From Nitrosopumilus sp. (lineage in GTDB: Archaea > Thermoproteota > Nitrososphaeria > Nitrososphaerales > Nitrosopumilaceae): DNA of 64,000 nt. Shown piece after piece: positions 20,779-30,424 of this stretch; position 1 is the first letter of the stretch, and every line of letters begins with the position of its first letter. The DNA lies in the NCBI GenBank assembly GCA_965204345.1, contig OZ241981.1, positions 1,600,001-1,664,000 on the forward strand, in the 5' to 3' direction. The notes beneath the pieces are model-generated. The model was given only the letters and a program-made list of their open reading frames with translations, was not told the DNA's origin and ran no database searches. A program made the translations under genes and the position numbers.

Positions 20779-23700
20779 TGTCCGTTCAGGCAATCAAGGC
20801 AATTGACGGAATTCGATTCTCTGTATGGTCTCCTACTGAGATTAGAAAGTATTCCGTGGCTGAAATCACTGCACCTGAGACATATGATGAGGATGGAATG
20901 CCTGTTCAGGGAGGCCTCATGGATGGAAGACTGGGCACTCTGGAGCCTGGACAAAAATGTCTGACCTGTGGAAATACCGCAGCAAGGTGCCCTGGACACT
21001 TTGGACACATTGAACTTGCAGAACCGATTCTGCATATTGCATTTATTGACAATATCTACAAACTTTTACAGTCAACATGCCGCTCCTGCACTAGACTCAA
21101 GGTGCCCCAAGAGGACCTAAACGCGTTCAAAAAGATCAAGGACAAGCATGCAGCATATACTGTAATCTCACAAAAGCGTATTCCAGAGCAGATCATTGAA
21201 AAGGCAAAGAAGGCAAAGGAGTGTCCCCATTGCGGAAAGACACAGTATGAGCTAGTCTTTACAAAGCCTACCATCTTTGTTGAAAAAACCGAGATTGGCG
21301 AGCACAGATTGCTGCCAATTACAATCAGGGAAAGATTTTCACAAATCACCGATGATGATCTGCAGCTGCTCTCATATGATCCAGAGACTGCCAGACCAGA
21401 GTGGTTTATTTTACAGGCACTGCCTGTCCCTCCCGTCACTGTAAGACCATCCATAATTCTTGAGACAGGAATCCGCTCTGAGGATGACCTGACACACAAG
21501 ATGGTCGATATCATCCGGGTTAACCAAAGGCTAAAAGAGAGCAAGGAGGCAGGAACCCCTCCCTTGATTGTACAGGACTTGGTTGATTTGCTGCAGTATC
21601 ATTCCACGACATACTTTGATAATGAGGTCTCTGGAATTCCACAGGCCCATCACCGTTCGGGACGTCCATTAAAGACACTGACTCAGAGGCTCAAAGGAAA
21701 GGAGGGCAGGTTCAGGGGCTCACTGTCCGGAAAGAGGGTCGACTTTTCAAGCAGAACCGTAATTTCCCCAGACTCCAACCTGGACTTGTCTGAGGTAGGT
21801 GTTCCAGAACAGGTTGCAATGAAGCTAACCATTCCGGAAATTGTTACTGAATGGAACATTGAGAGGATGAGACGGCTTGTAATTAACGGGCCTGACAAGT
21901 TTCCCGGTGTAAACTATATTGTCAGACCAGACGGCGTAAAAATCAGGTTAGACTTTGTAGAGGATCGCTCTACAATTGCCGAAACACTTGAGATTGGCTA
22001 TCTGATTGAGAGGCATCTTGCAGACGGCGACATTGTCATGTTTAACAGGCAGCCATCCCTTCACCAGATGTCCATTATGGCCCACTATGTCAAGGTTCTT
22101 CCAGGCAAGACCTTTAGGCTACATCCGTCTGTCTGTCCGCCATACAACGCAGACTTTGATGGCGATGAGATGAACCTTCACGTTCCCCAGAGTGAGGAGG
22201 CAAGGGCTGAGGCAATTCTTCTAATGAGGGTCCAAGACCAGCTAATCTCTCCAAGATATGGAGGCCCAATTATTGGTGCACTAAGGGACTTTGTAACTGG
22301 CGCATATCTTCTAACCAAGGACGATACTATCCTGTCCATCCAGGAATTCTCAAACTATGCAATGCTTGGCGGCTATACAGGCGCGCTTCCAAAGCCTTCA
22401 GCCAAGACAAAAGACGGCAAGAGTGTCGCATACACTGGAAAGCAGCTCTTCTCGCTGTTTCTTCCAGATGACTTTAACTATGTACTTACATCAAAGTGGT
22501 CCAAGGGAACAAATGGCAAGGCAAAGGACGTTGTCATTAAAAACGGCCAGCTGATAAGCGGCGTAATTGACAAGACATCCATTGGTGCCGAAGAGCCTGA
22601 GAGTATTCTGCACAGAATCACAAAGGACTATGGGAATGCAATTGGCAAGAACTTTCTAAACTCCATTCTGATTATGGTAAAGCAGTTTATCACCCATTAT
22701 GGTTTCAGTTACGGGTATGGCGATCTTGAGGTTCCAGAAAAGAACGTCCAGAAAATTTTAGATGACATTGAGGATACGTACGATGTGGTTGCCGATCTGA
22801 CTGACCAGTATGAAAAGGGAACCCTCAAGCTTACCAGGGGCATGAAGGCAGATGAGGCCCTAGAGGCATACATTGTCAATGAGCTGGGCAAGGCCAGGGT
22901 AAAGGCAGGCGATACTGCCAATGATTCCTTGGATGATAGCAATGCCGGAAAGATTATGGCAACGACTGGTGCTAGGGGTTCGGCACTAAACGTGGGTCAG
23001 ATGGCAGGCGCACTAGGCCAGCAGTCAAGGAGGGGAAACAGGATGAATGACGGTTACAGTAATCGCGCATTAACGCACTATCAGGAACATGAAAGCAATC
23101 CTGATGCACACGGCTTTGTAAAGTCCAACTACAGAACCGGCCTGAGCACGCTTGAGTTTTTCTTCCATGCGATGGGTGGACGCGAGGGCCTTGTAGATAC
23201 GGCAGTTAGAACCCAGCAGAGCGGTTACATGCAGCGCAGGCTGATTAACGCACTGGAGCATATCCGATTAGAGTATGACGGAACGGTACGAGACCCACAT
23301 GGGCATATCGTGCAGTTTCTTTATGGTGAGGATGGAATCGACGTGCAAAAAAGTGATCACGGAGAGGCATTTAATGCCAGCCGACTTGCAGAGTCGCAAA
23401 CCATTATTGATTCTGGAAAAAAGGCAACCAGGGATGAGATTGACACGCTTGCAAAGAAATACACCAAGACATTTAATCCGAGACTGACATCCCTTGTGAC
23501 TGATGCCCTGCAAAAATCAAACCTAAGCAAGGACGGCGTGGAATCTGTCTGCAAGAAGGGACTATCATTATACAACAAGGCCAAGGTAGAGCCCGGACAG
23601 GCCGTGGGAATTGTTACTGCCCAGTCCATTGGTGAGCCTGGAACTCAGATGACACTGAGGACCTTCCACTTTGCTGGAATCAAGGAAAGAAACGTTACCC

Positions 23701-24587
23701 TGGGACTTCCACGGCTAATTGAGCTAGTTGATGCGAGAAAAAAGCCTGTAACTCCTACCATGGATATCTATCTTGATGAAGAGTCCAAAAAATCCAGAGA
23801 AAAGGCAATCGAGGTGGCAAGAAACGTGTTGCAGACCAAGGTCAGTGCCCTGGTTGCCGACACTGAAACTGACTATTCTACTAATATCAAGCTAGTTCTG
23901 AGTGAGAACAGGCTTAGGGAGAGGGGATGCACCGTATCTGAGGTAGAAGCTGCCCTTTCATCAAACAAGAAATTCAAGATGGCAGTAGCCGGTGAGCTGA
24001 TTACCCTGAGCCTGGTTGAAGAGTCTGATACTGCAACTGCAATTGCCATTAGGAACAAGGTTCTCAATACGACTGTCAAGGGGGTTCCTGACATTGAGCG
24101 GGTTACGCTGGTCCAAAAGGACGACGAATGGGTCATTCAGACCACCGGTTCTAACATTGCCAAGCTACTTGAGGTAAGGGGCATTGACAAGAGAAATGTC
24201 AGAACCAACAATGTCTTTGAGATTGCCGGAACACTTGGCATAGAGGCCGCACGAAACTCCCTAATTGACGAGCTTAACCATACATTGGGTGATCAGGGAC
24301 TCGAAGTCGACAACAGGTATATCATGCTGGTATCTGATTTAATGTGCTCCAGGGGATACATGCAGCAGATTGGCAGACACGGCATTGCCGGCACCAAGGA
24401 CAGCGTTCTTGCAAGGGCAGCATTTGAGATTACCGTTCCGACAATCGCACACGCCGCACTTGCAGGAGATGTCGAGCAGCTCAAGGGCATTACCGAAAAC
24501 GTCATTGTAGGCAGCAACATTCCGATTGGCAGCGGCACCGTTGATCTGTACATGCAAGTCTCCAAAAAGAAGCTGGCTGCACGCTAG
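20778..24587 (+). CDS. rpoA: RNA polymerase subunit A (fused A'/A'', Rpo1)
   Basis: Catalytic NADFDGD, CPGHFGHIEL and AQSIGEPGTQMTL in one ORF. Confidence 0.97.
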   Translation: MSVQAIKAIDGIRFSVWSPTEIRKYSVAEITAPETYDEDGMPVQGGLMDGRLGTLEPGQKCLTCGNTAARCPGHFGHIELAEPILHIAFIDNIYKLLQSTCRSCTRLKVPQEDLNAFKKIKDKHAAYTVISQKRIPEQIIEKAKKAKECPHCGKTQYELVFTKPTIFVEKTEIGEHRLLPITIRERFSQITDDDLQLLSYDPETARPEWFILQALPVPPVTVRPSIILETGIRSEDDLTHKMVDIIRVNQRLKESKEAGTPPLIVQDLVDLLQYHSTTYFDNEVSGIPQAHHRSGRPLKTLTQRLKGKEGRFRGSLSGKRVDFSSRTVISPDSNLDLSEVGVPEQVAMKLTIPEIVTEWNIERMRRLVINGPDKFPGVNYIVRPDGVKIRLDFVEDRSTIAETLEIGYLIERHLADGDIVMFNRQPSLHQMSIMAHYVKVLPGKTFRLHPSVCPPYNADFDGDEMNLHVPQSEEARAEAILLMRVQDQLISPRYGGPIIGALRDFVTGAYLLTKDDTILSIQEFSNYAMLGGYTGALPKPSAKTKDGKSVAYTGKQLFSLFLPDDFNYVLTSKWSKGTNGKAKDVVIKNGQLISGVIDKTSIGAEEPESILHRITKDYGNAIGKNFLNSILIMVKQFITHYGFSYGYGDLEVPEKNVQKILDDIEDTYDVVADLTDQYEKGTLKLTRGMKADEALEAYIVNELGKARVKAGDTANDSLDDSNAGKIMATTGARGSALNVGQMAGALGQQSRRGNRMNDGYSNRALTHYQEHESNPDAHGFVKSNYRTGLSTLEFFFHAMGGREGLVDTAVRTQQSGYMQRRLINALEHIRLEYDGTVRDPHGHIVQFLYGEDGIDVQKSDHGEAFNASRLAESQTIIDSGKKATRDEIDTLAKKYTKTFNPRLTSLVTDALQKSNLSKDGVESVCKKGLSLYNKAKVEPGQAVGIVTAQSIGEPGTQMTLRTFHFAGIKERNVTLGLPRLIELVDARKKPVTPTMDIYLDEESKKSREKAIEVARNVLQTKVSALVADTETDYSTNIKLVLSENRLRERGCTVSEVEAALSSNKKFKMAVAGELITLSLVEESDTATAIAIRNKVLNTTVKGVPDIERVTLVQKDDEWVIQTTGSNIAKLLEVRGIDKRNVRTNNVFEIAGTLGIEAARNSLIDELNHTLGDQGLEVDNRYIMLVSDLMCSRGYMQQIGRHGIAGTKDSVLARAAFEITVPTIAHAALAGDVEQLKGITENVIVGSNIPIGSGTVDLYMQVSKKKLAAR

Positions 24588-25296
24588 TAGTTCTTGTAAC
24601 CTGATCAATGTTATAGTTCTTCAAACCCTGCAGAATCCCTGGATATGCTGAGGGCTTTTGTTGTGAATCCAACGCAGAGATTCATCTATGAATACTTGGG
24701 GTCATCAGCATTGTTGGTATTTTGGATGTTTTGCAATGTATCCTAACGCTTTACTCATTTATTGACGGCTAAAACATCAATGTCAGAGTGCCCGTTTTTG
24801 AACTCGTGTTTTTGCTGGATGCTAAAGGAATACCACTAGTAAAAATTGCAATACAAAAAGCAGTAACAATGAAAATAATGGTCATTTAACAGGAGCTAGA
24901 GTAACTAATAAAATTGGTTTAACGTATAGCCCAACTCAAAAAAAAAATATATGTTTTGCAATATCTGCATCTTGGAAAATCACTAACATTGTTCTTCTTG
25001 CATGCAGGAGACTTCTTAAACTCTAATTTTTCAGGCATTTACCATAGGAAATAACCAATATCATAGTTAAGTTATGAGCACTCAAAACCGTTTTTGAGCC
25101 TTCTTGTAAAATGGAAGGTCAAAAACCTATTTTTAGAAAAATCCGGTATTATGACAAAAAAGACTTAGTGCAATACCAGGAAATACATACCACATTATCA
25201 AGACATCCAGGAAGTAAGACTTAGGATTAACACCAGGAAGTAAAATCTAAAATCTGTCTTCAAAAAGTTAGAATTACAATTTTTAACATTTTATTT

Positions 25297-26136
25297 TTAA
25301 TTCAAACTGGTTTTCATCGATACAATTTTGTCAGTTTGTAACTGTATAACACAATCAACAAGTAAAGGATGACCTGGAATAAGCAATGTTGTTACTGAAG
25401 TTGTCTTAGGCTCTACATCAATCAACGAAAAACCGTATGATACCTCATTACCATCAATATCCACTCCTAAAACATCATATTCCAATTGGTATGAAACAGG
25501 AGTATGATTATACACAGAATAATCAACTTGAACATGAGGCGGATGAAGACTATCATCACAAGTCTCTACATTATGCATAAAAAGATCAGAACTAACGTTT
25601 GATATCACACTTTCAAAAATCGAATTATCATCATATAATGAAAACAAAGCTCCAAATGACTCATTAACAGGAATAACTAATTGAATTGGTACGAAAAGGT
25701 CATTAAATCTATTTTTATCTTTAGAAGATAAACCATTGTAAAATTCGTTATAATACATATCAACATCTTTTTTACTTTCGGGAGGCATTGCGTCATAATA
25801 CTTTTGATGTTCAGGACTCCAATTATCATTAGTTTCAATAATTCCTAAATCTGTATCCAAATTATCATTAGTTTCAATAATTCCTAAATCTGTATCCAAA
25901 TTATCATTAGTTGTTATCATTTCTGAATCTGAATTTAATTCCAAAATTCCATTATCAATCATCCATTGAATCCCATTGATATATTCCTGATCAGTAATTA
26001 GACCCTGACCCCAGTATAATGCCACGTTCTTAAGCCATTCTGGTAAGACTGATTCATTAGCACTAACTTCCTTTAGTGCAGGATCAACACCTATCATCAT
26101 AATAGCAAATAATATCAAAAATGACACTTTATTCAA
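25297..26136 (-). CDS. Secreted/surface protein (N-terminal LPEWLKNVALYW module, C-terminal beta domain)
   Basis: Signal peptide; module similar to the C-terminal repeats of 2111-5308; C-terminal domain paralogous to 26235-26921. Confidence 0.75.
   Translation of the reverse strand: MNKVSFLILFAIMMIGVDPALKEVSANESVLPEWLKNVALYWGQGLITDQEYINGIQWMIDNGILELNSDSEMITTNDNLDTDLGIIETNDNLDTDLGIIETNDNWSPEHQKYYDAMPPESKKDVDMYYNEFYNGLSSKDKNRFNDLFVPIQLVIPVNESFGALFSLYDDNSIFESVISNVSSDLFMHNVETCDDSLHPPHVQVDYSVYNHTPVSYQLEYDVLGVDIDGNEVSYGFSLIDVEPKTTSVTTLLIPGHPLLVDCVIQLQTDKIVSMKTSLN
25821..25912. repeat. 39-bp tandem repeat, ~2.4 copies (TNDNLDTDLGIIE)
   Basis: aattatcattagtttcaataattcctaaatctgtatcca twice plus a partial third copy. 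Confidence 0.92.
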
Positions 26137-26234
26137 TAATGATTTACAAAATGACGTATTAATAAAATCAACTACCCAATAACTAGGATTTTACACTAAA
26201 AAACGTCTAAATCACTTTTTGATCTTCACTGGTT

Positions 26235-26921
26235 TTAATTAATATTTTCCTGATCAATCTTAAGGTCACAATCAACAAGGTCGGGATGATCATCAATTAG
26301 TACGGTATTGTATGAAGTATCAACTGGTAAAACCTCAATACTTGTTTTACCTAATGATACCACATTACCACTCCAATCCAAACCTAAAACATCATATGTC
26401 AAATTATGCGTAGTGGGATTATTGTTAGTTACAGAATAATCTACTTTTACAACCCCTGAGGATTCCGAAATATCACAGGTTAACACTTTTGTATTAATAT
26501 TACCAAGAGTAACAAAAAATCTCTTTGACTCAGGATCAAGTTCAAAATAGACTTTTAGAAGTTCTGGTGAGATAACAAACTCATATTGAAGTTTAGAAGG
26601 TAAATTATCATAGGCATGCCTATCTATATCATCAAAATTATCATAAATCTGCTTAAATTCAGGATAGTTAGTATCATACAATTCTTTAGGGTCAGGCGTC
26701 ATAACATTAGAAGCCATATTATCATAAAATTCTTTCATATCAGGATTTAGACCATCATAAAATTCTTCAAATTTAGAAGAATAACTAACACTATTTACAA
26801 TAGTTCCTGGTGAAGCATACTCAAAACTATAATTGCTTTTAGCAGGTACTGACCCTAAATTTATTGCAAAAATTGCAACTATAGGAACTATAATCAATAA
26901 GGCTAAAACCAGTTTATTCAA
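26235..26921 (-). CDS. Membrane-anchored/secreted protein, paralogue of 25297-26136
   Basis: N-terminal TM; shared TCD...VDYSV.N..P....L.YDVLG.D..GN.VS.G...I.V.P..TS..T.LI..HP.LVDC. Confidence 0.75.
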   Translation of the reverse strand: MNKLVLALLIIVPIVAIFAINLGSVPAKSNYSFEYASPGTIVNSVSYSSKFEEFYDGLNPDMKEFYDNMASNVMTPDPKELYDTNYPEFKQIYDNFDDIDRHAYDNLPSKLQYEFVISPELLKVYFELDPESKRFFVTLGNINTKVLTCDISESSGVVKVDYSVTNNNPTTHNLTYDVLGLDWSGNVVSLGKTSIEVLPVDTSYNTVLIDDHPDLVDCDLKIDQENIN

Positions 26922-26967
26922 TATACCATTTTTTGATGATATAGATAAAAACTCAACTATTAGACAT

Positions 26968-27498
26968 CTAATTATCGATTTTATTGATCAAGCTGCAGTA
27001 TTTACAATCATCATGGTAATCATTATACTTTATACAAAATTCCATACAGCAATTAAGACAACAATGAAGACAACAATGAAGACACAGCATATGATCAAAC
27101 ATACGCTTTTTTCTAATATTGTAATCACAACATAGACACTTAGGCAAGAGGAACTCCCTATTTGGATAATATAGATACCTGCATACGTCAGCGTGGTCAT
27201 TATCTGTCTTTTGGGTCTGGTCAGTGTCCTTATCAGGCGGTATTGTCTCAACATCAAAGTACCATAAATCAGGATTATGGATTTTGTTGTATTCCTGCAA
27301 ATTCTCTAATGTATAGAAGCCTACTAAGTGCCATTTTTCTCTAATTACATTGTCAAAAAGGTCCAATTGGATTTTTTTCTTGTTTGAATTGTGCTTTTGC
27401 CTTTCAAATCGACATGGTTTTGTGTTTGAATTGTGCTTTTCCCTTTCAAGTCCTTGTCTGTGCTTAGGACAAATCATCCCAAAAGATGAAACATGCAA
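26968..27498 (-). CDS. Cys-rich hypothetical protein (CLHCCLHCCLNCC)
   Basis: Open frame with internal repeats; start uncertain. Confidence 0.4.
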   Translation of the reverse strand: MHVSSFGMICPKHRQGLEREKHNSNTKPCRFERQKHNSNKKKIQLDLFDNVIREKWHLVGFYTLENLQEYNKIHNPDLWYFDVETIPPDKDTDQTQKTDNDHADVCRYLYYPNREFLLPKCLCCDYNIRKKRMFDHMLCLHCCLHCCLNCCMEFCIKYNDYHDDCKYCSLINKIDN

Positions 27499-27624
27499 TT
27501 ACACTAAAGAACCTAAAGGGATTTTTTCTCTGAGGAATATGAAAGAAAAATATCAATAAAATCAGACACTGTTAAAAGAATTCTCAAATACCTAGAACAT
27601 TCTGTAAAAGCAGCTCTAAAAGAA

Positions 27625-28362
27625 CTAAATTAAAAATTCTGATGCGTGTCTTCCCTCTTCGGTAATTTCAATCCATCTGGTCCTTCCAATCTTGTTGACT
27701 TTGATAAACCTCCATTGCTTCTCCAGTGCAGAAATTATGCCCTTCTCCAGGCTTGCAAATGTGGCCTGACTCTTGTTCTCAGCGTTAACTATGATTAGTT
27801 TTTGCTCCAATGCCTTTTTTGCCATGTCCTTTTTTGATATTCTGCCGCCCGAATCCGCTATAATCTTTAATGCCTGAACATGCTTGTCATCTGGTCTTTG
27901 AATCTCATATGCTGGGATGGATTTGATATCCTTGATTCCCTTGGATATTGGCTTGCCTGAAAATCCCAGATACTCTTTTGCCTCTGCATAAAACGGATTT
28001 ACATTCTTATTATCATTGAACATCATTGATGCCATCATGCAACCAATGGCCTGAATTTTGGATCCTGAGGCCAAGTTAACTGAAATTATATTTCCAGATT
28101 CCTGTGCAATCAGTTTCTTTACGGTTTTGATTATCTGAAATAATGCAGTTCTGTTGTGATGCTCTATTGTGACTTCGATGTTTAGTTTTTTTAGCCGTTC
28201 TGAAATTTCCTGATAAAACTTTGTTGCCTTGTCCTCGCTTGGATTCTCATGAACCAGCAGGATCACCCTGTCTGCCCGCAGGTTTTTGGCAGGCAAGACA
28301 ATTCTGTCGATTTCATAGCCTACGGGGGCAATATGTACTCGCAAATTTGGAATTTCAGGCAT
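27625..28362 (-). CDS. DUF6293/HFX_2341-type regulator: CARF-like Rossmann domain + winged HTH
   Basis: RVHIAPVGYEIDRI, ADRVILLVH, SVNLASGSKIQAI; C-terminal L...RFIKVNKIGRTRWIEITEEG wing; ATG at 28362. Confidence 0.8.
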   Translation of the reverse strand: MPEIPNLRVHIAPVGYEIDRIVLPAKNLRADRVILLVHENPSEDKATKFYQEISERLKKLNIEVTIEHHNRTALFQIIKTVKKLIAQESGNIISVNLASGSKIQAIGCMMASMMFNDNKNVNPFYAEAKEYLGFSGKPISKGIKDIKSIPAYEIQRPDDKHVQALKIIADSGGRISKKDMAKKALEQKLIIVNAENKSQATFASLEKGIISALEKQWRFIKVNKIGRTRWIEITEEGRHASEFLI

Positions 28363-28372
28363 AACAGTGTCT

Positions 28373-28388
28373 ATAGTATGTATACTAT
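28373..28388. promoter_or_regulatory. Palindromic candidate operator ATAGTAT-gt-ATACTAT
   Basis: Perfect 7-bp inverted repeat in the 66-bp gap between the divergent regulator and PIN genes. Confidence 0.55.
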
Positions 28389-28428
28389 GGTCATGATATA
28401 TAATAATTTCCAAGGCGCTAACTAGTTC

Positions 28429-28854
28429 ATGAAACAAACACAAACCCAAAAAATCGTACTAGACACGTGTCTGGTAATAGATCTAGTTGAAAAACCAAAA
28501 TTTGCCTTTAAATTCAAAGACAATCTAAAAGGTAAATCAATCAAGGTAGTTCTCTGTGATGTCGTACTACATGAATTACGCAAGGTAAAGAGGTGGTCTG
28601 CAAATACTGTCATCAGACAAATCACAGAAATTCTTGGAAGACAGGTAGAACTATCTCAAATTAGCGAACAAGACAAAAAAACTGCAAAAGATATCTCAGA
28701 CAAATTCCGAATATGCCACAACGGGGACAACAAAATTCTCAGTCTGTGCAAGACAAGAGATTTTATTTTGGTAACCTTTGATGGGATGCTTCTAACGACT
28801 TGTGGCATTGTAGGGGTTGCGGGATTTCATCCGTCAAATGTGAGGGGAATTTAA
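28429..28854 (+). CDS. PIN-domain ribonuclease
   Basis: IVLDTCLVID, VLHEL, GDNKIL, LVTFD acidic PIN tetrad. Confidence 0.85.
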   Translation: MKQTQTQKIVLDTCLVIDLVEKPKFAFKFKDNLKGKSIKVVLCDVVLHELRKVKRWSANTVIRQITEILGRQVELSQISEQDKKTAKDISDKFRICHNGDNKILSLCKTRDFILVTFDGMLLTTCGIVGVAGFHPSNVRGI

Positions 28855-29021
28855 AATGGCCTCAAAGATGTATCCTAGAATCATTAGGGAATTTGAAGAT
28901 GAGCGGGACGAGCCGATGGTTTACGGAGACTCGTCATGACCGTTTTATTCAGAGAAAAAGACGATTCGTCCCAAGGCGGCATTGCACCGTCTTTTGCAAA
29001 TCTCAAAGAAAGACTGGAAGA

Positions 29022-29240
29022 ATGCCAAAGGGGGAGTTTAAATTGAAATGTCCCAACTGTGACAAAGAGTGGATTGCAGAGATTTTTTGGGGGTATCCTG
29101 GAGATATGGAATCCCTAAAAGGGCAATTAGACAAAAAGGAAATTGTTCTTGGAGGATGCCTTGTAACTGGTTTTGATCCAAAATGGGAATGCAACAACTG
29201 CCATCATAGATGGGGAGAACGTGAAGACCTCGATGTCTAA
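29022..29240 (+). CDS. Small Zn-finger protein
   Basis: CPNC...IFWGYP...IVLGGC...WECNNC; ATG at 29022. Confidence 0.7.
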   Translation: MPKGEFKLKCPNCDKEWIAEIFWGYPGDMESLKGQLDKKEIVLGGCLVTGFDPKWECNNCHHRWGEREDLDV

Positions 29241-29517
29241 AATTGTTCCTAAAGACTCTCACAAAAAGAGCATGTCTGAGGCATTTGCCAACTCGTTTGG
29301 GGGATATCCTATAGGGTATGGCCTGGGAATTGTCATACTGCCATTGTCCCTGGGGTGGATTCAGGAGGATCCATTAATTGCAAACATGGCAATCACATTT
29401 GTCTATGCCTCTGTTTCATTTGCTAGAAGCTATTTTCTTAGAAGGGTCTTTGAGAGATTTGGAATTGATGATAATTTCATCAGGCTAGGTATAAAACTAG
29501 TTAAAAAAATAATTTGA
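29233..29517 (+). CDS. Small two-TM membrane protein of a phage/mobile-element type family
   Basis: KSMSEAFAN...GY and S.ARSY.LRRVF motif; overlaps the upstream stop. Confidence 0.65.
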   Translation: MSKIVPKDSHKKSMSEAFANSFGGYPIGYGLGIVILPLSLGWIQEDPLIANMAITFVYASVSFARSYFLRRVFERFGIDDNFIRLGIKLVKKII

Positions 29518-29800
29518 ATAAATCTAAATTTGCTTTATTCATACAATTAGAGAAAAACATACTGGAATTTATGTTAGATCTCTAACGTAATACTTCTGCC
29601 CTTGAATGTAACAGTCAAAGTATCTAAATTATGTTAGATTCTATGTTCCGAATTGGATACTAGGGACAAATGTCCCGAGTTTGGAACAATGTAATTTCTG
29701 CATGCTTTGGATGTGCAATTTTACTTACAGGAAAGTCAGATAGAAAATCATCAAAGCCTTTAACTCAAGAAATAATTGATAATCGGGAGAAATTCTCAGC

Positions 29801-30424
29801 ATGATGGAACGAAGTATCTTAAAATCCAGCAAAAGAATAGGCAAGTATGAGGCCCCAATTATAAAAAAATTAGAACCATTTTTTCAAAATCAGGGGTTTC
29901 AAGTTGTTCCTCATGCTCGATTTAATATTTCATGGGGAAATATTATTTCTGACATTGATTTGTTATTGATTAAAGAAAACAAAGTTGGAATTGTTGAGGT
30001 AAAATCATCTCATGATAATTTGAAAAGAGCAAAAAAACAAATTTCAAACATTAAAGATTATGTTGATTTTGCATATATTGCAACTGATTTTAAACCAAGA
30101 AAATTACCTACTCCAATAGCTGGTTGGATTTTTGTTAAAGATGAAGTTACAATAATGAAACATCCTAGAACCATTAATAATGAGCCTTCTCATTTTTCTG
30201 TTGACTCTTTACCAAAAAAATGTCTTAAACGATATTTGGATCAGAAAAATATCTCATCAAAAGGAATGTCAAAATATGAAATAACTAATAATATCATGTC
30301 CTTTCCAACAAAAAATCTCAAAGAAGAAGTAAAATCAATGGCTACATGTGGCCAGGAATGTGATACTAGCTGTCCAATATCTGAATTTGAGAAATTTTTG
30401 ATTCCTACTCTAATTTCTAAATAA
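29801..30424 (+). CDS. PD-(D/E)XK nuclease-fold protein (MmcB/sce7726-like)
   Basis: E...SDIDLL...IVEVKSSHDNLKRAKKQ...DFAYIA; Cys cluster at C-terminus. Confidence 0.65.
   Translation: MMERSILKSSKRIGKYEAPIIKKLEPFFQNQGFQVVPHARFNISWGNIISDIDLLLIKENKVGIVEVKSSHDNLKRAKKQISNIKDYVDFAYIATDFKPRKLPTPIAGWIFVKDEVTIMKHPRTINNEPSHFSVDSLPKKCLKRYLDQKNISSKGMSKYEITNNIMSFPTKNLKEEVKSMATCGQECDTSCPISEFEKFLIPTLISK

Noticed and set aside
20778-24587. Unsplit RpoA (A'+A'' fused)
   Set aside because: Known normal state in Nitrososphaerota; useful for taxonomy, not novel
17934-24608. Numerous antisense or alternate-frame ORFs inside rpoB/rpoA (and similarly in leuS, alaS and the surface genes)
   Set aside because: Shadow ORFs of strongly conserved genes; no independent motifs
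25170-25245. Three CCAGGAA(G/A)TA motifs spaced ~26-31 bp apart
   Set aside because: Too short and irregular to call iterons or a mini-array
24588-25296. Possible integrase remnant next to the left repeat
   Set aside because: No tyrosine- or serine-recombinase motifs recognisable in the frames I translated; a blastx search would be decisive
25821-25912. Possible CRISPR array
   Set aside because: Head-to-tail repeats without spacers, in frame within a gene; no cas genes
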